35,753 nt of DNA from Cyanophora paradoxa CCMP329 (lineage: Eukaryota; Plantae; Glaucophyta): assembly GCA_004431415.1 (NCBI GenBank), contig QPMI01000378.1:1-35753 (forward strand), read 5' to 3'. Positions 32,500-35,753 of this stretch are shown piece after piece. The notes beneath the pieces were generated by a model. The model saw only the letters and a list, made by a program, of their open reading frames with translations. It had not been told where the DNA came from and searched no databases. The position numbers and the translations under genes are program-made. Position 1 is the stretch's first letter, and the number at the start of each line of letters is the position of its first letter.

Positions 32500-35168
32500 C
32501 TAGGCGGCGATGTCGACGCCGGAGGCGAGGGCGAGGGCGCGGACGAGCTCGGCGCGCTCGGCCTGGTTGGCGCCGGCGCAGGCCGAGTGCACGAGGCGGA
32601 AGGTGTGCTTGTTGGGGGGGACCCCCGCCTTGGACATCGCCGAGAGCATCGAGATGGCGAGGTCCGCCTGCGACTCGCTCCCCGCCCCGACGCACGCGAT
32701 CAGCGAGTTGAAGAGCACCGCGTCCGGGATCAGGCCCTCCGACTGCATCCCTGCCAGCCCGCCCCCGCCCCGTCAGCGCCGCGGGGGCGGGGGCGGGGGC
32801 GGGGGCCGCACGAAGGAGGAGGTAGACGGCCTTGTCGATGCCGGCGCCGGAGCGCTCGGCGGCGTTGACGAGGGTGGAGAAGGTGATGAGGTCGGGCTTG
32901 ACGCCGAGGGCGTCCATGATCTCGAGGAGGGCGAAGGCGCGCCCCGGCTGCCCCGCGTGCACGCAGGCGTTCATGAGCGAGTTGAACGTGATCGCGTCCG
33001 GCAGCACCCCGCTCTGCTTCATCGCCTCCAGCACCTCGAACGCCCGGTCCGGCTGGTGCGCCCGCAGGTACAGGTCGATCAGCGTGTTGAACGTGCACGC
33101 GTCCGGCCGCAGGCCCTCCTTCAGCATCGCCAGGAACACGCTGAACGCCTTCTCCAGGTCCCCGCTCTTCCCGCACGCGTCCAGCACTGCGCCCCGCCGC
33201 CTCAGCGGGGGCGGGGCGGGGCGGGGCGGGGCGGACGGGAGTTGAAGGTGACGATGGAGGAGCGGACGCCGGAGCGGCGCATGAGCTCGAGGGCCTTGAA
33301 GGCGCGGTCGAGCTGGTTCGCCTTGCCGCACGCGTGGATCAGCGAGTTGAAGACGAACTCGTTCGGCACCACGCTCGCCCGCGCCATCCGGTCGAACACC
33401 GCGAACGCCCGGTCCAGCTGGTCGCTCTTCACGCACGCGTCGATCAGCGACGAGAAGGTGAAGGCGTCGGGCGCGTAGCCGGCCCGCTCCATCTCCTCGA
33501 AGAACTCGAACGCGAGCGTCGGGCGGTTCGCCTTGGCGCTGCAGTGGATGAGCGTGTTGAAGATGTAGTCGTTCGCCCGCACGCCGGCCTTGGTCATCTC
33601 CTCGTAGATCACGAGCGCCCGGTCCAGGTCGTTCGCCTTGCCGCACGCCGAGAGGATCGAGCTGAACACGAACTCATTCGCCTTGACCCCGTTCGCCTTC
33701 ATGCTGTCGTAGAGCTCCAGGGCGCGCGAGAGGAGGCCGAGCGAGCCGCACGCGTGGATCAGCGTGCAGTACGTGAACTCGTCCGCCTTGACGCTCATCG
33801 CTTGCATCGCCTTCAGGCAGTCGAACGCCCGGTCGATGTTCCCCACCTTCCCGCACGCGCTGCCGCCCAGCGTCAGGCCCCGCACGGCCTGCCGGCAGCC
33901 CTGCCCCGGCGCACTTGATCAACGCGTTGAAGACGTGCGCGTTGGGCGTGACGCCCTCGGCGATCATCTGGAGAAGGAAGAGTGAGCGCAAGCAGGCGGG
34001 CCGTTGCAAGGAAAAAAAGAAAGCCGCACCGAGTCGAAAAGATCGAAAGCAGCCTGGAGGTCGCCCGACTTGCCCACGGCCGAAATGAGGCTCGTGTAGG
34101 TCACAACTCCGGGCAGCAGGCCCGAGCTCCGCATCTGAGTCAGGTAGAAGAACGCACGGTCGATCTGCGCCCGCGTTCTTAGTGTATGGCAAAGGAGCGG
34201 AGCGAGGAGGCAACGCAGACCTGCATGGCCTTGCCCAGCATGTTGATAAGAATGTTGTACGCTATGCATGAAGGCCGCGCGGCGACATCCGCGGCGCGGG
34301 TGGCGGCGTCGAAGATCCGCAGCGCGTCCTCGATCCGGCGCTGATCCGACAGGCGCTTAAGGAGCTTCTCCAAGAACCGCGGAGGAGGCGAGTACTGGAG
34401 CGAATCCAACAGCAGCACCAGCGTGTTCACGTCCTCGGGATTCGCTTCGCGGAGAAGCGAGCGCTCGAGGCTGGAGAGGCCAGCAGCAGGCCCACGGCTG
34501 ACGATGCCGACGCGCGGACGCTCATTCTGGGTGTTTGCAGGGCTGTCGGGCGAGACGTGGAGAGGGCCGAGAAGATCCGCGAGGAGCGGGTTGGGGAGGG
34601 GGCCGGGCGGGGCCGCTGGCGCAGCGGGGGCGGGGGTGGGGACAAAGAGCTCGCCTAGTCCGCGACGAACGCGGGCCGATCCGGCGTTCTGCTGGATGAC
34701 GAGATTGGAAAACACGTCCTCGATCGAACCCGACCGGCGGGCGGGGGCTGACGGGAACTCGTCAACGAGCTGAGGCTGCCGGGCGAACTTGCTGCTGGTG
34801 GGAGCAGCTGTCCGGAGGAACTCCGAGGGGCTGGCAGGCTGAGCGGCTGTCTCCGCGGCCCGGAAGCTCCATATGTTTGAGCTGCTCGTTATGTTCCCGA
34901 GCGGAAGAGAGATCGCGGGGACAGGGCCAGCAGTGGGGGCTTCGTAAACGCGAGACAAGTTGCCCTGAGGGATCGGTGTCGCGGAAGGGGACTTGCCCGG
35001 CATAGGGACGGGTGACGAGTTCCCATTGCGGCCCTGAAGCAAACGTCGCCTGCGGTTCTGCTGACCAATTTGATTGCAGGCGGCACGGCCATCCGCCGGT
35101 GACGGCACGGAGGGCGAGCCGCCCTTCGTCCCTCCGGGAATGCCGGGTGTGAAGAGCACGGCACGCAT
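32500..35168 (-). CDS. P-class pentatricopeptide repeat protein, about 13-14 repeats, with a long disordered N-terminus
   Basis: Tandem 35-aa repeats such as VVTYTSLISAVGKSGDLQAAFDLFDSMIAEGVTPN and EFVFNSLIHACGKANQLDRAFKALELMRRSGVRSS; 5 internal introns; no DYW or SMR domain seen; TAG at 32500. The ATG at 35168 directly follows an acceptor-like CAG, so upstream exons are possible. Confidence 0.93.
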
Positions 35169-35753
35169 CTGCCGTCTCCTATCATCAGCAATTGAAAGAA
35201 GTGCGGGAAAACCCAAGGAAAGTGCGATCGGCAAAATCGAACCTTGAGGCGATCACTGCGCGTGCAAAGGAGACAAGTTGCGATCCAGCCGGAAACGAGA
35301 CCGGAAGCTGTCTATCTAGCTGAGGTCGAGGCTGAGCTCGTGCGCTGGGACCAGGCCCGGGCGCCGCGTGCCGCGCGTGTGGCGTGCGTGCTGTCAAAGA
35401 CAGGTGCCGGACGCGCGGACACGTTGAGAAGCAGACAAGATGCAGTGGCGCGGAATGCCGTGTCTGCTCCCTACCGCTCTGGAACAGACGAGTTCTAGTA
35501 CGTCACTAGCAATCTTTGCAGGAGATCTCCCCCGACTCTAGCTTTCTCCCCCCCGAATTCTCCCCCCCCTGAGCCCACTCGCTCGCGAAACAGGAGCAGG
35601 GCAGGCTTCCGGCGGCCCGGAGAACGCTCCAACTTGGCAAACACTCGCTGTAAGCGCCGATGAGACCGCCCTGGGCGCCCGGCGCAGACCGGGAAGCCCC
35701 GCCGCTCGCGCACGCGCGCACGCGCGCTGTTCTCACGTGGGCATAGTGGCGGC

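Noticed and set aside
421-32502. Alternative genetic code, since all 11 genes end in TAG or TGA and none in TAA
   Set aside because: This is expected from GC bias, and I saw no in-frame stop codons in conserved exons.
1-35753. Many long overlapping or antisense ORFs (for example 6642-8237+, 11320-12954+, 26639-28750+, 29770-31164-)
   Set aside because: These Arg/Pro/Gly/Ala-rich translations are expected from stop-codon scarcity at very high GC. They lie over recognisable spliced genes and show no motifs.
35735-35753. GGGCATAGTGGCG resembling an SRP or tRNA 5' end
   Set aside because: Too short and cut off by the window edge; I recognised no tRNA or rRNA anywhere in the window.
1-35753. Functional gene cluster of nucleases and RNA-processing genes
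   Set aside because: The genes are unrelated housekeeping families in mixed orientation, with nothing to indicate a shared pathway.

Overview
Very GC-rich, gene-dense eukaryotic nuclear DNA. I can support 11 intron-rich protein-coding genes, with mostly 47-80 nt introns. In order: WRN/DnaQ-type 3'-5' exonuclease (-), 8-finger C2H2 protein (+), APC1 (-), orphan Ala-rich coiled-coil protein (-), stand-alone Cys-type RNA triphosphatase (-), SPATA20/YyaL (+), EI24 (+), plant-type ATP-PFK (+), F-box protein (-), DUF151+UVR bifunctional nuclease (+) and a P-class PPR protein (-). Gene content, intron style and an MAF- N-terminus suggest an archaeplastid alga, possibly a glaucophyte such as Cyanophora (inference only). 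Most long ORFs in the six-frame track are artefacts of high GC and unspliced introns, and several 1-nt homopolymer indels look like assembly errors. Two signals stand out. (1) Unusual splicing: about 20-30% GC-AG donors in the two genes counted, introns whose only adenines are the branch A and the acceptor A, a 4-nt microexon completing a catalytic Glu codon, and one apparent GT...AT intron. (2) Non-coding DNA rich in chains of overlapping short palindromes; two copies of a hairpin repeat differ by exactly such insertions, hinting at a palindrome-writing mutational process. All gene models were spliced by eye, and several start codons are uncertain.
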